Shown: positions 26,734 to 39,191 of the stretch, piece by piece | Layout: each line of letters begins with the position of its first letter | How positions within the stretch are numbered: the stretch's first letter is position 1 | From: Nannocystales bacterium | GTDB taxonomy: Bacteria; Myxococcota_A; Polyangia; Nannocystales; Nannocystaceae | Direction: 5' to 3' | DNA: 64,000 bases | NCBI GenBank assembly: GCA_050633305.1 | Contig: JBOEGF010000032.1 | Location: 1-64,000, forward strand | The notes under the pieces: generated by a model | Databases searched by the model: none | Told to the model about the DNA's origin: nothing | What the model saw: only the letters and a program-made list of their open reading frames with translations | Position numbers and translations under genes: made by a program

Positions 26734-27888
26734 ATGATTCGCTTGCGATGGGCGACGGTCTGCGCCTGCTTGGGGCTCGCATGCTCGAGTGGTGATACGG
26801 CTCCGGGCACGGGTACTGGCGCCAACACCACGACCGGGTCCGGACCGACGACGTTCGCGACATTTTCGACGACCGCACCACCGGTGACCACCGATCCTGG
26901 GACCGGCTCCACGACCACGGATGGCTCCGAAGACTCCAGCGGCACGGAGACCGAGACAGACACCGTCGCAGACGCCTCGTCGTCATCCTCGGGCGGTGAT
27001 GGCCTCTGCCCGGGAAGTACCCACACGTGCATGGAGGGGGCGCCCGAGGGATGGAACGGCCCCGTCGCCGTCCACCGGGTCGCCGTCGACCCCAAGGTCG
27101 GCAAGCCAGAGCCACCGCCCTGCGGCGCGGCGTACCCCGAACCCGCGACCACCGGCTTTGAGGGTTTACTCGCCGAAGCCGCGAGTTGCGAATGCTCGTG
27201 CGGCAACGCCAACGGTACAGCCTGCGACAACTCGACAACGCTGCGCTATTGGGGCGATGACGCGACCTGCGGAGAGGGGATTGCACAAACCGTGACGGTC
27301 TTCGCATCCTCCTGCAACACCCTTCCGGCCGAGTTCCCCGGCAACGGAAACTACTCCGCGACACCACTGGTCGCCGTCGGCGGCGCGTGTGCGCCGAGCA
27401 CAGAAGAGACCCTCGAGCCCGCCCAGTGGTCGTGGCAGTCCCAAGCGTGCGAGGGCGCGACGATCATCGAGGACGCTGGCTGCGCCGACGACCGGGTCTG
27501 CGCGCCCATGCCCGAGTCCGAGGATGCCGCGATGTGTATTTGGCAGACGGGGGAGCACGAGTGCCCGGACACGTTCGACACCACCCGGACGCTGTACGAA
27601 GACATCGACGACAACCGCGGCTGCGAGACGTGTTCGTGCGGCTCGCCCAACGGGCTGTGTGACGCCGCGACCGTCTCGCTGTGGAACGGCCCGACCTGCC
27701 TTGTCCCTGCGGCCGGCGTTGTCGGTGCGAACGGCGAATGCGACGCCACGGGGACCGGAACGAGCGCCCGCGCGGCCAGCCTCAACGGTGGCAGCCCGAC
27801 CGCGTTCTGCGTTCCCAGCGACCCGGAGCCTGCGGGCGAAGCCGTCGGCACCGAACCCATCACCGTCTGCTGCGTCGACCGCAACTGA
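26734..27888 (+). CDS. Cys-rich lipoprotein of unknown function
   Basis: LGLAC lipobox, Thr/Gly/Ser linker, internally repeated CxCSCG Cys-rich modules. Confidence 0.75.
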   Translation: MIRLRWATVCACLGLACSSGDTAPGTGTGANTTTGSGPTTFATFSTTAPPVTTDPGTGSTTTDGSEDSSGTETETDTVADASSSSSGGDGLCPGSTHTCMEGAPEGWNGPVAVHRVAVDPKVGKPEPPPCGAAYPEPATTGFEGLLAEAASCECSCGNANGTACDNSTTLRYWGDDATCGEGIAQTVTVFASSCNTLPAEFPGNGNYSATPLVAVGGACAPSTEETLEPAQWSWQSQACEGATIIEDAGCADDRVCAPMPESEDAAMCIWQTGEHECPDTFDTTRTLYEDIDDNRGCETCSCGSPNGLCDAATVSLWNGPTCLVPAAGVVGANGECDATGTGTSARAASLNGGSPTAFCVPSDPEPAGEAVGTEPITVCCVDRN

Positions 27889-27915
27889 GCGGCGGCGGAC
27901 GACGGCCGGTGTCGC

Positions 27916-28281
27916 CTACGGAGCCCCGCCGCCGATTCGGGGCTGCAAGACGATGCCCGGCTGCTCTTCGTACTCGAACCCTGACTCGAGACTCTGCTCG
28001 CTTCCATCCCCGAACCGAAGCAAGACATCCACCGAACCGGTCCGCTCTGACTGCGGAGCCACAACGCGGATCGCCCAGGGGCTTTCGATGACGACCCCTT
28101 TGGCCGCCCGGCTTCCGAAGTAGACCACCAACGGGCCGTGCCCCGTGAAGTCGTCTCCCTCGATGAGAATGCTCTGTCCGCCGCCCTGACGAGCCTTGGC
28201 CGGGCTCACGCGGAGGTTGGGGTCCGGTGCTGCACAACCAGCGATGAGGAGGCCCACAGCCAAGCACGCGCGAACGAACAC
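27916..28281 (-). CDS. IPT/TIG-domain lipoprotein
   Basis: IAGC lipobox; VSPAKA..GGQSILIEGDDF..VYFG..GFEY IPT pattern. Confidence 0.75.
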   Translation of the reverse strand: MFVRACLAVGLLIAGCAAPDPNLRVSPAKARQGGGQSILIEGDDFTGHGPLVVYFGSRAAKGVVIESPWAIRVVAPQSERTGSVDVLLRFGDGSEQSLESGFEYEEQPGIVLQPRIGGGAP

Positions 28282-28338
28282 GGCGGGAGCGTAACAGCCC
28301 CCCGCGCCGTGCTCCAGCCGGTGCCCGAGCGCACGAGA

Positions 28339-28370
28339 ACGCCGCCGGTGCTGGGAACAACCGGCGGCGT
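28339..28370 (-). terminator. GC-rich hairpin downstream of sigma factor gene
   Basis: ACGCCGCCGGT...ACCGGCGGCGT inverted repeat; weak T tail. Confidence 0.5.
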
Positions 28371-28386
28371 GCGGAACGGACCGAAC

Positions 28387-29694
28387 CTAGAAGACGTCGC
28401 GTCGCTGGAGCTCTTGGCGAATCTTGCCCAGCGCCTGCTCCTGCAACTGTCGGATCCGCTCCCGAGACAGCGAGTACTGCTCGCCGATCTGCTTGAGCGT
28501 GAGCTCGGTGTCTTCGCCCAGGCCAAAGCGCTTGCGCAAGATGTCCGCCTCGATGGGCCGCAACCCCGTGATCACGTCGCGGACCTGCTCGCCGATCGCG
28601 GCCGCTTCGAGTTGCTCTCCGGGCTGCTCCCCCTCCTCGTCCCTGAGTAGGTCGACCACCTTGCGTCCGTCGTCCTCGGACAACGGCCGATCGAGGCTGA
28701 TCGGGGGGTCGACCACGAGCGTGTCCATCTTCTCGATCTTCGCCGCGGTCAGGCCAGTGTGGCCGGCGAGTTCTTCGTGGGTGGGCTCGCGACCATGCTT
28801 GGCCTCGAGTTCTCGCCGGGCCTTGGTCACCTTGTGATAGGCATCGATCATGTGGACGGGCAGGCGGACGGCGCGGCCCTTGTCGGCGATCGCTCGGCTA
28901 ATGGCGTGACGGATCCACCAGCTCCCGTAGGTCGAGAATCGGAACCCACGGTTGTGGTCGAACCGGTCGACAGCCTTGAGGAGCCCGATGTTGCCCTCTT
29001 GGATCAGATCCTGAAGCGGCATGCGGCCGTGGTTGAACCGTCGAGCGATGGACACGACCAACCGGAGGTTCGACTTCACGAACCGGTTCTTGGCGTGACG
29101 CAACGTCATGCACCGCCGCACGGCCTCCGCGACGTAGTCGTGAAATGGTCGGCTTCCGCGGCGAGGAGGACGAACCTGGAGATGGATCAGCTCGCGACCG
29201 CCGTCGTCGAGGATGCTCAAGTCCGCCAACACCTTGTCCGCAGATACCCCATCGCAGTCGAGCCTACTGAGCCGCTTCGCCATCTCGGCACGATCGCGCT
29301 CGTAGGCATCGCGGTGTGCCCGTGTCTCTCGGTCCCGCAGGGCGCGAGACGACGTGCACAGCTGAAGCCGGTCAGCCTCGGAGAGCTCGTCCTCGTCCAC
29401 ATCCGCGCCGACCACCGCCATGATCCCTTCGATGAACGGCGGGTAGGACAGCAGCTGTTCCCACAGCGATGTCCGTAGATCCGAGATGTGCACGGCCGAG
29501 GAGAGTTCCTCCTCCGGCGACATGATCGACAGGTCGGACATCTCTCGGAAGTAGACCCCGAGGGTCGTGTCGCTCGCGTCGCCTTCAGCGCGCGCGCGTG
29601 AGCGCTTTGTCCGTTTTGGAGCGGCGGACCCTCGCGGGCGCCGGCTCCGTGCGATGCGGGGAGGTGCCCCGCGGGTGACCTTTCGACGTGCCAT
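28387..29694 (-). CDS. Group 1/2-like sigma-70 RNA polymerase sigma factor lacking region 1.1
   Basis: Region 1.2 (LGVYFREM), NLRLVVSIARR, DLIQEGNIGL, FSTYGSWWIRHAI, RLPVH, TLKQIG..SRERIRQLQ. Confidence 0.93.
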   Translation of the reverse strand: MARRKVTRGAPPRIARSRRPRGSAAPKRTKRSRARAEGDASDTTLGVYFREMSDLSIMSPEEELSSAVHISDLRTSLWEQLLSYPPFIEGIMAVVGADVDEDELSEADRLQLCTSSRALRDRETRAHRDAYERDRAEMAKRLSRLDCDGVSADKVLADLSILDDGGRELIHLQVRPPRRGSRPFHDYVAEAVRRCMTLRHAKNRFVKSNLRLVVSIARRFNHGRMPLQDLIQEGNIGLLKAVDRFDHNRGFRFSTYGSWWIRHAISRAIADKGRAVRLPVHMIDAYHKVTKARRELEAKHGREPTHEELAGHTGLTAAKIEKMDTLVVDPPISLDRPLSEDDGRKVVDLLRDEEGEQPGEQLEAAAIGEQVRDVITGLRPIEADILRKRFGLGEDTELTLKQIGEQYSLSRERIRQLQEQALGKIRQELQRRDVF

Positions 29695-30082
29695 GTCAGT
29701 GCCTCGATTCCTTGCGCCAAGCCTTCTTCCGAAGGTGCGAGCGCAGTCGACGCGGACTGCACTCCTCCAAAAAGGGGTACGGGACAAGCCCCGCACTGGT
29801 TCCCTTTCGTTAGTTCATGCAAGTTGAGAACCGTTTCCGTGACAGGAATTTCAGGAAGTACGCCTTCACCCACGAGATGACCCGCGTGCGGCCTCTAGGA
29901 CGGGCGCAGCGGGTCTTCGGAGTGACGTGGGGGTTTTGATGGTGCGGCTGCGTCCGCCAACGGGCACGGCAGCCGGGTCAGGTCAGTGCGACACATCGGT
30001 CATACCCGCATGTAGGTGCCGGGACACGGACGTGCGCACCAAGGGCGCCGCGGTGTTCGTCGCGGACGCCCGAGGCGGGCAG

Positions 30083-32053
30083 CTAAGCCTTGGGCTCGAC
30101 GAGCAACCAAATGTCCGGCGACGACGCCCCGTAGAACCGGCCGCGCGTCGTCCGGCTGCCGGAGATCTCCACCACCCGCAGGCCTGCATCGACACACATC
30201 CGCCCGAGTTCATGGGCGTTGTAGCCGCGGATCTGAATCCGGTGCTCAAACTGCCGACCGTCCTCGAACACCAAGGTCCGATGCACGGCGAGGCGGTTCG
30301 TGAAGAAGTTCATCTGAGCCTCGTCGAGCACCAGACACCCGTGGCCCTGCCACCATGCGCGGCTGGGCAAGCGTCCGATGATGTGATCGCGGTTGAACAC
30401 GTGCAGCAACAGACGGCCGCCGGGGGTCAACATACCCGCCAGGGATCGCAGCACCGCGCGGTTTTCTTCGTCGTCGTAGTACCCGAAGGTCGTTCCGACG
30501 CAGAGGATCGCGTCGAAGGGACCGCCGCCGGGCATGTCCCGCATGTCGGCTTTGACGAAGGAGGCACCGACCCCCAGCGCGTCCTTGGCTCGCTCGGCGC
30601 GGGCGATCTGTGCCGGCGAGATGTCGAGGCCGGTGACCCCGAAACCACGCTGCGCCAACACCAGGCAGTGCGCACCATCGCCACATCCAACGTCCAGGAC
30701 GCGAGCGCCGGGCTGAAGACCCGCAGACTGGATGAAGAACTCGACCTCCGCCTTCGCCAGCTTGGCGTGGTTGGCCCGGGTCATCGCGGCGCAGTGCTCG
30801 TCGAAGACCTCCTCGGGCCACCCGGGCGCCTTCGGAGTCAATCCCGTGGCTGGTGCGGACGGGGTCGGAGCCACGTGGGGCTCGACTCGGTCTTCGACCG
30901 GAGCCTTGGCGGCCGGCGGATCGGGCAACTCGGGAAGTTCGGAGAGCTCGGCTCGGACCGGGGGGGCCGGAGGCGGCTTGGGGGCATCCTTGGGCGGAGG
31001 TGGCTTGGCGCCCTCTTTGGGTGGGGGTGGCTTCGCGGCCTCTTTGACCGGTGCTGAAACCTCTGGAGGTTCCGGCTCGGGCCCGGGCTCGAGCATCACC
31101 TCGGCCACGTCGGCGACGTCGGTCTCTTCGACGAGGTCGTTGGCGTCGATCTCGGAGGTGTCTTCCCCCGGCGTCGCTTGTGGAATCCCGATGACGACCT
31201 TCTGCTTGGCAGGCACCGGCCCGGAGTCGTCGTCATCGTCGTGGATGTCGATCGACCGGAAGACACCGGAGCTCATCGCCTGCCCTGAACCCGGGGAATC
31301 GACGTCCGCGATGGGGGGCAGCGTGCCCCCGCTCCGGACGGGCTCGGGGGCCTCGGTCGGGACGACCGTTTTTGCCAGCGGTGCCTCCTGCGGGAGTGGA
31401 AGCGGAGTCGTCTGCTCCATCGCCGCCGCCGCTGCCGTCGGTTGCGACTGCGGTGCGGTGGGTGCCGGAGCGATCACCGTTTGGGCGGACGGTGCTACCG
31501 GGCTCGGTGCGACGACGGTCCCACCTTCGGCGGGCTCGAGTTCGGTCATCGCCGCAATGGGCGTCTCGGGAAGTGTTGTCAGAGACGGGAGCACCAACCC
31601 ATCGACGGGGTCCTCGGGCGGCGGCTGGGGGGGCGCCGCAACCACGGTGTGCTCGCCGCTAGGCTCGGCTCCACTCGCCGCGGGCTCCGTGGTGTCGAGA
31701 CCCACCTCGAGCCCCGACTCTGGCGCCTCCAAGGAGACCTCCAGGTCGTGGTCGTGGTCCTTACGGTCGTGGACCAGCGTCTCCGCCGAGTCGGAGAACG
31801 CCGCGCCCGTCCCGGCGATGTCGGGCGACGGACGCACCAGGGTCGCGTCGCCGTCCTCGGGATCCGGCGGCGTAGCCCCCATCGCGTCCACGGTGGTGAT
31901 CACGGTCTCCTCGAGGTTCGCCCCGAAGCCAGAGGACCCAAGACGCCGGGCCACTTCAGCATCGAAGGAGTCCAGAACGTCCGTGGGCGTCGCCACTGCC
32001 TGCTCTTGCGTCCACGCGGCCCATTGAGCCGCCTCGGTGGTCCAACGGCTCAC
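30083..32053 (-). CDS. Class I SAM-dependent methyltransferase with long acidic/Pro-rich N-terminal region
   Basis: C-terminal VLDVGCGDG, DMRDM, FDAIL, LTPGG; about 420-aa low-complexity N-terminus. Confidence 0.85.
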   Translation of the reverse strand: MSRWTTEAAQWAAWTQEQAVATPTDVLDSFDAEVARRLGSSGFGANLEETVITTVDAMGATPPDPEDGDATLVRPSPDIAGTGAAFSDSAETLVHDRKDHDHDLEVSLEAPESGLEVGLDTTEPAASGAEPSGEHTVVAAPPQPPPEDPVDGLVLPSLTTLPETPIAAMTELEPAEGGTVVAPSPVAPSAQTVIAPAPTAPQSQPTAAAAAMEQTTPLPLPQEAPLAKTVVPTEAPEPVRSGGTLPPIADVDSPGSGQAMSSGVFRSIDIHDDDDDSGPVPAKQKVVIGIPQATPGEDTSEIDANDLVEETDVADVAEVMLEPGPEPEPPEVSAPVKEAAKPPPPKEGAKPPPPKDAPKPPPAPPVRAELSELPELPDPPAAKAPVEDRVEPHVAPTPSAPATGLTPKAPGWPEEVFDEHCAAMTRANHAKLAKAEVEFFIQSAGLQPGARVLDVGCGDGAHCLVLAQRGFGVTGLDISPAQIARAERAKDALGVGASFVKADMRDMPGGGPFDAILCVGTTFGYYDDEENRAVLRSLAGMLTPGGRLLLHVFNRDHIIGRLPSRAWWQGHGCLVLDEAQMNFFTNRLAVHRTLVFEDGRQFEHRIQIRGYNAHELGRMCVDAGLRVVEISGSRTTRGRFYGASSPDIWLLVEPKA

Positions 32054-32931
32054 GGCTTGGCCCCCTCGAACAGTGCTTCGCCGAGCTTGACCTTGCGCGG
32101 CAGTACAGTCCCGCCCTCGGCTGGGCCGACGGGTTTCTCCGTCAGCATGATGACCGTGGATCCGAGATGAAACACGCCCAGTTCCGCGCCTTTACCCACC
32201 CGCGAGGGGGGCTCGAGTCGAGCCACCTGGAGTTCCCGAGGATGAGGATCGAAGCGGTGGTACGGACAAGACATGTTTCCAACCCCGAACGCGGCGACCA
32301 TGACGACAGCCACCCAGCCGTGCCCAGTCTCGAGCAGGTGGACCATCCGCTCGTTGATCGCGAAGACCCGGGGGTCGTAGTCGACGCTGGCATCGTTGAC
32401 CGGCAGCAAACGGCCGGGAATGAGGCTGACGCGATGCGCCAGCGCGTCACACGGTGCGTGGACGCGGTGGTAGTCACGAGGGTGCAGGTAGATGGTACTC
32501 GCCGTGCCACCGACGAATCGCTCCGCGAGTTCCTGATCGGCGAGCAGCTCGCCGATGCCGTAGCTGTGCCCTTTTGCGACGACCTCGGTCACGCGTTCGA
32601 TGGGCGCCACCTCCCGAAGCTCGCCATCACAAGGCGCCACCAGGATTTCGGGGCTCCGGTCGATGGACCGTGCACCCGCACGAAGCGGGCGCGTGAAGAA
32701 TGCGTTCATCGTCTCGAAGCCTTCTTCGAGCACCAAGGGGTCGACATCCCGCAGATTGACGCCGAAGAGTCGAGCGTAGGTCGACACCGCGAAGCGACCG
32801 ACACCTGGGGTCATTTTCACACGTGCGGCCGCACCCACCAGCTTGCTGGCCAGAATGGACGACCAGTCCGGTGTGGCGTGCACGATGCGTGCAGCAACCC
32901 GTGCCCCGAGGGGAGTGGAGCGGCTCGACAT
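32050..32931 (-). CDS. psd: Phosphatidylserine decarboxylase proenzyme
   Basis: FFTRPL, APCDG, YLHPRDYHRVH, NER, autocleavage site LGST. Confidence 0.93.
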   Translation of the reverse strand: MSSRSTPLGARVAARIVHATPDWSSILASKLVGAAARVKMTPGVGRFAVSTYARLFGVNLRDVDPLVLEEGFETMNAFFTRPLRAGARSIDRSPEILVAPCDGELREVAPIERVTEVVAKGHSYGIGELLADQELAERFVGGTASTIYLHPRDYHRVHAPCDALAHRVSLIPGRLLPVNDASVDYDPRVFAINERMVHLLETGHGWVAVVMVAAFGVGNMSCPYHRFDPHPRELQVARLEPPSRVGKGAELGVFHLGSTVIMLTEKPVGPAEGGTVLPRKVKLGEALFEGAKP

Positions 32932-33147
32932 GAACGCGGCAAGCCTATCTGACCCCTACTGGCCCCGGCAACTGCGCAACCGACCGCCTACCCCCTCAAT
33001 CCGGGCCACAACGCCCCAACCGGGCACCCACCCAGACCGACACCACAGGGATCCTTCTCGAGCACCTCCCAAAACCTCCACACCCCGAGCGATCGCCAGG
33101 CCCCCTTCCCCCTCGGGAGCGAAGCGGCGAGCGAGACCGACGGGGGT

Positions 33148-33194
33148 GCGAAGGGGGCTACGCCCCGCGGCGAAGGGGACCGCGAGGTCCCCCG
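33148..33194. repeat. REP-like two-hairpin element, copy 2
   Basis: GCGAAGGGGGCTACGCCCCGCGGCGAAGGGGACCGCGAGGTCCCCCG; closely similar to 16238-16286. Confidence 0.7.
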
Positions 33195-33198
33195 CACA

Positions 33199-34632
<1,434 letters not shown>

Positions 34633-34647
34633 CGGTAGCTTCCAGAA

Positions 34648-35995
<1,348 letters not shown>

Positions 35996-35999
<4 letters not shown>

Positions 36000-36811
36000 G
36001 ACCAGCGAACCTCCCGGGCATCAAAGACCGGGCCATCAGAGCAGCAGTATTTGTAGGGTTTGGGTCCACGAACTGGAACCGCGCACCCCAAGCAGACACC
36101 GAATCCGCAGGCCATCTCCTCTTCGAGGCACAGCAGGGTGCGGACCTCGTGCGCCAGACCCATCGTGCGCACAGCCCGAAGCATCGGCGTGGGCCCGCAG
36201 GCGAGCACCTCGACAGCCTCACCGGACGCTTTCGCAGCCCGCAACCGCTCTTCGAGGGCGACGGTGACGAAGCCCTGATGGCCGCGACTGCCGTCCTCGG
36301 TGGCGTACGTTGTCTTCACGCCCCACTCGTCGAGGGCTTCAGTCAACACCAAGTCGTCGGCGTTGCGGCCTCCGTAGAACATCTCGACCGCCTCGGCTCG
36401 GCCCGCCTGGACTGCCCGGTGCGCCTGCAAGTGCAGTGGCGGCAGCCCAACGCCACCGGCGACCAGGAGCTGAGTCGCCTTCTCCGGAGCGCTGAAGCCT
36501 CGGCCGAGGGGACCTGTGATGGTCACCGCATCGCCGGGACGAAGGGCTGAGAGTGCGGCGGTTCCGCGCCCGTAGATCTTGATCAAGATCGAGAACGATC
36601 CATCGGGCTGCGCGTCGAGGACCGAGAAAGCCCTGGGGTTGAGCATCTCCCTCCCCCACTCGCCGCGGACCATGATGAACTGGCCCGGCTCGATGCCGGA
36701 GAGCGGAGCACCGCACGCTGCGTCGGCGTTAAAACGCAGCGTGAAGTACCCCCCGGACAACGCTTGGTTGTCCACCAGTTGCGCGCCGAACTGGGAGGGA
36801 GGCACCTGCAC
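35996..36811 (-). CDS. pyrK: Dihydroorotate dehydrogenase electron transfer subunit
   Basis: PGQF, GGVG, CGP, 2Fe-2S motif MACGFGVCLGC...C..DGPVF; coupled to pyrD. Confidence 0.95.
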
Positions 36812-36878
36812 CTTCTATGTCAATGCGCCACCGGGGACAACAGCGGCCGCACGGCGATTTCTCAGGCCGACACGGACC

Positions 36879-37337
36879 TCATGCCGGGCGCGCCATCACC
36901 ACAGCGTCATCCGGGGGCGCCTTGTAGTACCCCACCCGGCGCCCGATCTCGGCGAAGCCGAGCGCTTCGTACAGCGAACGAGCGGGCCGGTTCGCGGCAC
37001 CGACCTCCAAGAGGACGCGGGTCGCGTGGGCCTCGCCGGCTCTCTCAACCACGGCGGCCAAGAGATCTCTCCCGATGCCCTTCCGCTGCTGCGCGGGGTC
37101 CACGGCGATTCGAAGTAGGTGCGCCTCGGTCTCTCCCGCAGCCACGACGTGCCACGTGCAGGAAAACCCCAAGACGCTCCCCATCGCGTCGACCGCGAGT
37201 TCGACAGTCGCCATCGGACGCTCGATCTCGTCGATGTAGGCCTTCGCGGCCCAAGGATTCCCGAACACGCGCGATTCGATGCGGAGGATGGCCTCCAGAT
37301 CGTCGCAGGTCGCGACGCGCCGGGTCACCTCCGCCAC
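36879..37337 (-). CDS. rimI: Ribosomal protein S18 N-acetyltransferase (GNAT)
   Basis: IAVDP.QQRKGIG, LEV...N..A..LY...GF....RR.GYY....DA..M. Confidence 0.88.
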   Translation of the reverse strand: MAEVTRRVATCDDLEAILRIESRVFGNPWAAKAYIDEIERPMATVELAVDAMGSVLGFSCTWHVVAAGETEAHLLRIAVDPAQQRKGIGRDLLAAVVERAGEAHATRVLLEVGAANRPARSLYEALGFAEIGRRVGYYKAPPDDAVVMARPA

Positions 37338-37340
37338 CTC

Positions 37341-38057
37341 TCAGGCCTTCGGTTCGGGCATCGGCTCGGTTTCGGGTTCCCTGTCCGCCTCCGCCGCGGC
37401 GGCCTCCGGCTCGGACCCGGCGAGCACCATCGAGCCGATGTCGGCCGCCAACCCATCGCGGCCGTGGATCCCGGTGGAGGAGAGCGTGGACGTCAGCAGG
37501 ACGTCCCGGGCTGAGATTCCGATCGACTCCGCCAGCTTGCGACGCGCGAGCCCCCGCTTGGATGCGCCGAGCTTGTCGGACTTGGTCGCGACCAGCAGTG
37601 TGGGCAGGCGCCGAGCGGCCAAGAACGCCATCATCCCGCGGTCGAGGTCCCCCACCCCGCGGCGGATATCGACAAGCAACACCAAGCCGCGCAGGTTTTC
37701 GCGCTTCTCAAGATACCCCTCGATCATGGGGGCAAACCCCTCTCGCACGGACTTCCCGGCGGCGGCGAACCCGTACCCGGGGAGGTCACAGAAGCGTAAC
37801 GGGAGTTTGTCGTGCCCGGGGCCGCGCAACGTCAGCGAGAAAAAGTTGAGCAGTTGGGTCCGCCCCGGAGTCCGGCTCACGCGAGCCAGACCACGCCGAT
37901 TGCACAACGCGTTGAGAAGGCTGGACTTGCCCACGTTGGAGCGTCCCGCCACCGCGATCTCGGGGAGGTCGGGGGGCGGGCACTGAAACACCTTCGAGGC
38001 GCTCTGCTCGAACGCGGACGTGAGGACGTGCCATCCATCTTCAGGTCGTTGCGCCAC
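37341..38057 (-). CDS. engB: Ribosome biogenesis GTPase YihA/YsxC
   Basis: GRSNVGKSS, TPGRT, DLPGYG, TKSDK. Confidence 0.95.
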   Translation of the reverse strand: MAQRPEDGWHVLTSAFEQSASKVFQCPPPDLPEIAVAGRSNVGKSSLLNALCNRRGLARVSRTPGRTQLLNFFSLTLRGPGHDKLPLRFCDLPGYGFAAAGKSVREGFAPMIEGYLEKRENLRGLVLLVDIRRGVGDLDRGMMAFLAARRLPTLLVATKSDKLGASKRGLARRKLAESIGISARDVLLTSTLSSTGIHGRDGLAADIGSMVLAGSEPEAAAAEADREPETEPMPEPKA

Positions 38058-38132
38058 GGCGACGGACTATACAGGAGCACCGCGCGCGCCGTACTCTCGC
38101 TCCTACCCGTCGCGGGCGCGGGTTTGACCAAC

Positions 38133-39149
38133 ATGGACGTGTACGGACTCACGGGTGGCATCGGCAGCGGCAAGTCGAGTGTCGCGGAGTTTCTCGAAGA
38201 CTTCGGGGTTCCCGTGGTCTCCGCGGACGAACTGTCGCGCGTGGTGGTGACCGCGGGAAGCGAGGGTTTGGCGGAAGTCGTTCGCGCGTTCGGCAGCGAC
38301 GTCGTCGACGAACGGGGGGAGCTCGACCGCCGCAAGATGGCGTCGATCGTGTTCCGCGAGCCCGCACGCCGCCAACAGCTGGAAGCCATCCTCCACCCGC
38401 GGATCCGCGAGCGCTTTGAGCAAGTCTTGGACGCCCTCGAGAAGGCCGGACATCCGATCACCGTCTACGAGGTTCCGCTCCTCTTTGAGAAGAACCTTCA
38501 GTCGGACATGAAGGCCACGATCCTGGTGACCGCGACCGAAGAGACCCGGATCACACGGGTGATGGAACGGGACCAGACGACGAAAACCGAGGTCCGGGAC
38601 CGGATCGCCTCGCAGATGCCAGAGTCCCTCAAGCGCAAGCGCGCCGACTACATCATCGAGAACGATGGCTCGGTCGATGAGCTTCGTCGCGAGGTGCGAT
38701 TCCTGCTGGAGCGATTCCTCAGGCTCGACGCTCGAGGCCCTCACGTCGTGCCCGTGCAGACGCCTCAACCTCCAGAGGCCCCGTCCTCCACGGTGACGCA
38801 GGTTCCGACAACCCCAGCCGACACGCCCAGCCGGACTCCAACCCAGGTACCCGGCGAGCAGCACCAGCCCCCGTCGTCGGTGGGGACGCAGCCCCAAATC
38901 CCCCCAGCGGAGTCGACGCAGATCGCCCCTCCTCCGGCGCCACCGGGCGCGCGCGTGCCGACTCCGAGCGGGGCACCCCCGCCGCCGCCAGGCCTCCACG
39001 TGCCCGTCCCGACGCCCGTGCCGGGCACCCACGCCCCGATCACGCCGCAGCCAAGCGCGACTCCAGCCCCGCCCCCCGCGGACCCCGCCGCCCTGCCGCC
39101 CACGACGACCCAACGGGCTCCGGTCGTCAAACCCGGCAAGCCCAGCTAG
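38133..39149 (+). CDS. coaE: Dephospho-CoA kinase with Pro/Thr-rich C-terminal extension
   Basis: GLTGGIGSGKS, LDRRKMA, HPRI, VPLLFE, RIASQM; about 135-aa low-complexity tail. Confidence 0.93.
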   Translation: MDVYGLTGGIGSGKSSVAEFLEDFGVPVVSADELSRVVVTAGSEGLAEVVRAFGSDVVDERGELDRRKMASIVFREPARRQQLEAILHPRIRERFEQVLDALEKAGHPITVYEVPLLFEKNLQSDMKATILVTATEETRITRVMERDQTTKTEVRDRIASQMPESLKRKRADYIIENDGSVDELRREVRFLLERFLRLDARGPHVVPVQTPQPPEAPSSTVTQVPTTPADTPSRTPTQVPGEQHQPPSSVGTQPQIPPAESTQIAPPPAPPGARVPTPSGAPPPPPGLHVPVPTPVPGTHAPITPQPSATPAPPPADPAALPPTTTQRAPVVKPGKPS

Positions 39150-39191
39150 AGCCCAGTTCGCCGGGTTCCGCCGGGTTTCGCCGCGGCCGGA

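Noticed and set aside
29815..29835. Sigma-54 promoter (GG-N10-GC, CGGTTCTCAACTTGCA on minus strand) upstream of the sigma factor gene
   Set aside because: The -12 element fits but the -24 element deviates from TGGCAC; too weak to call.
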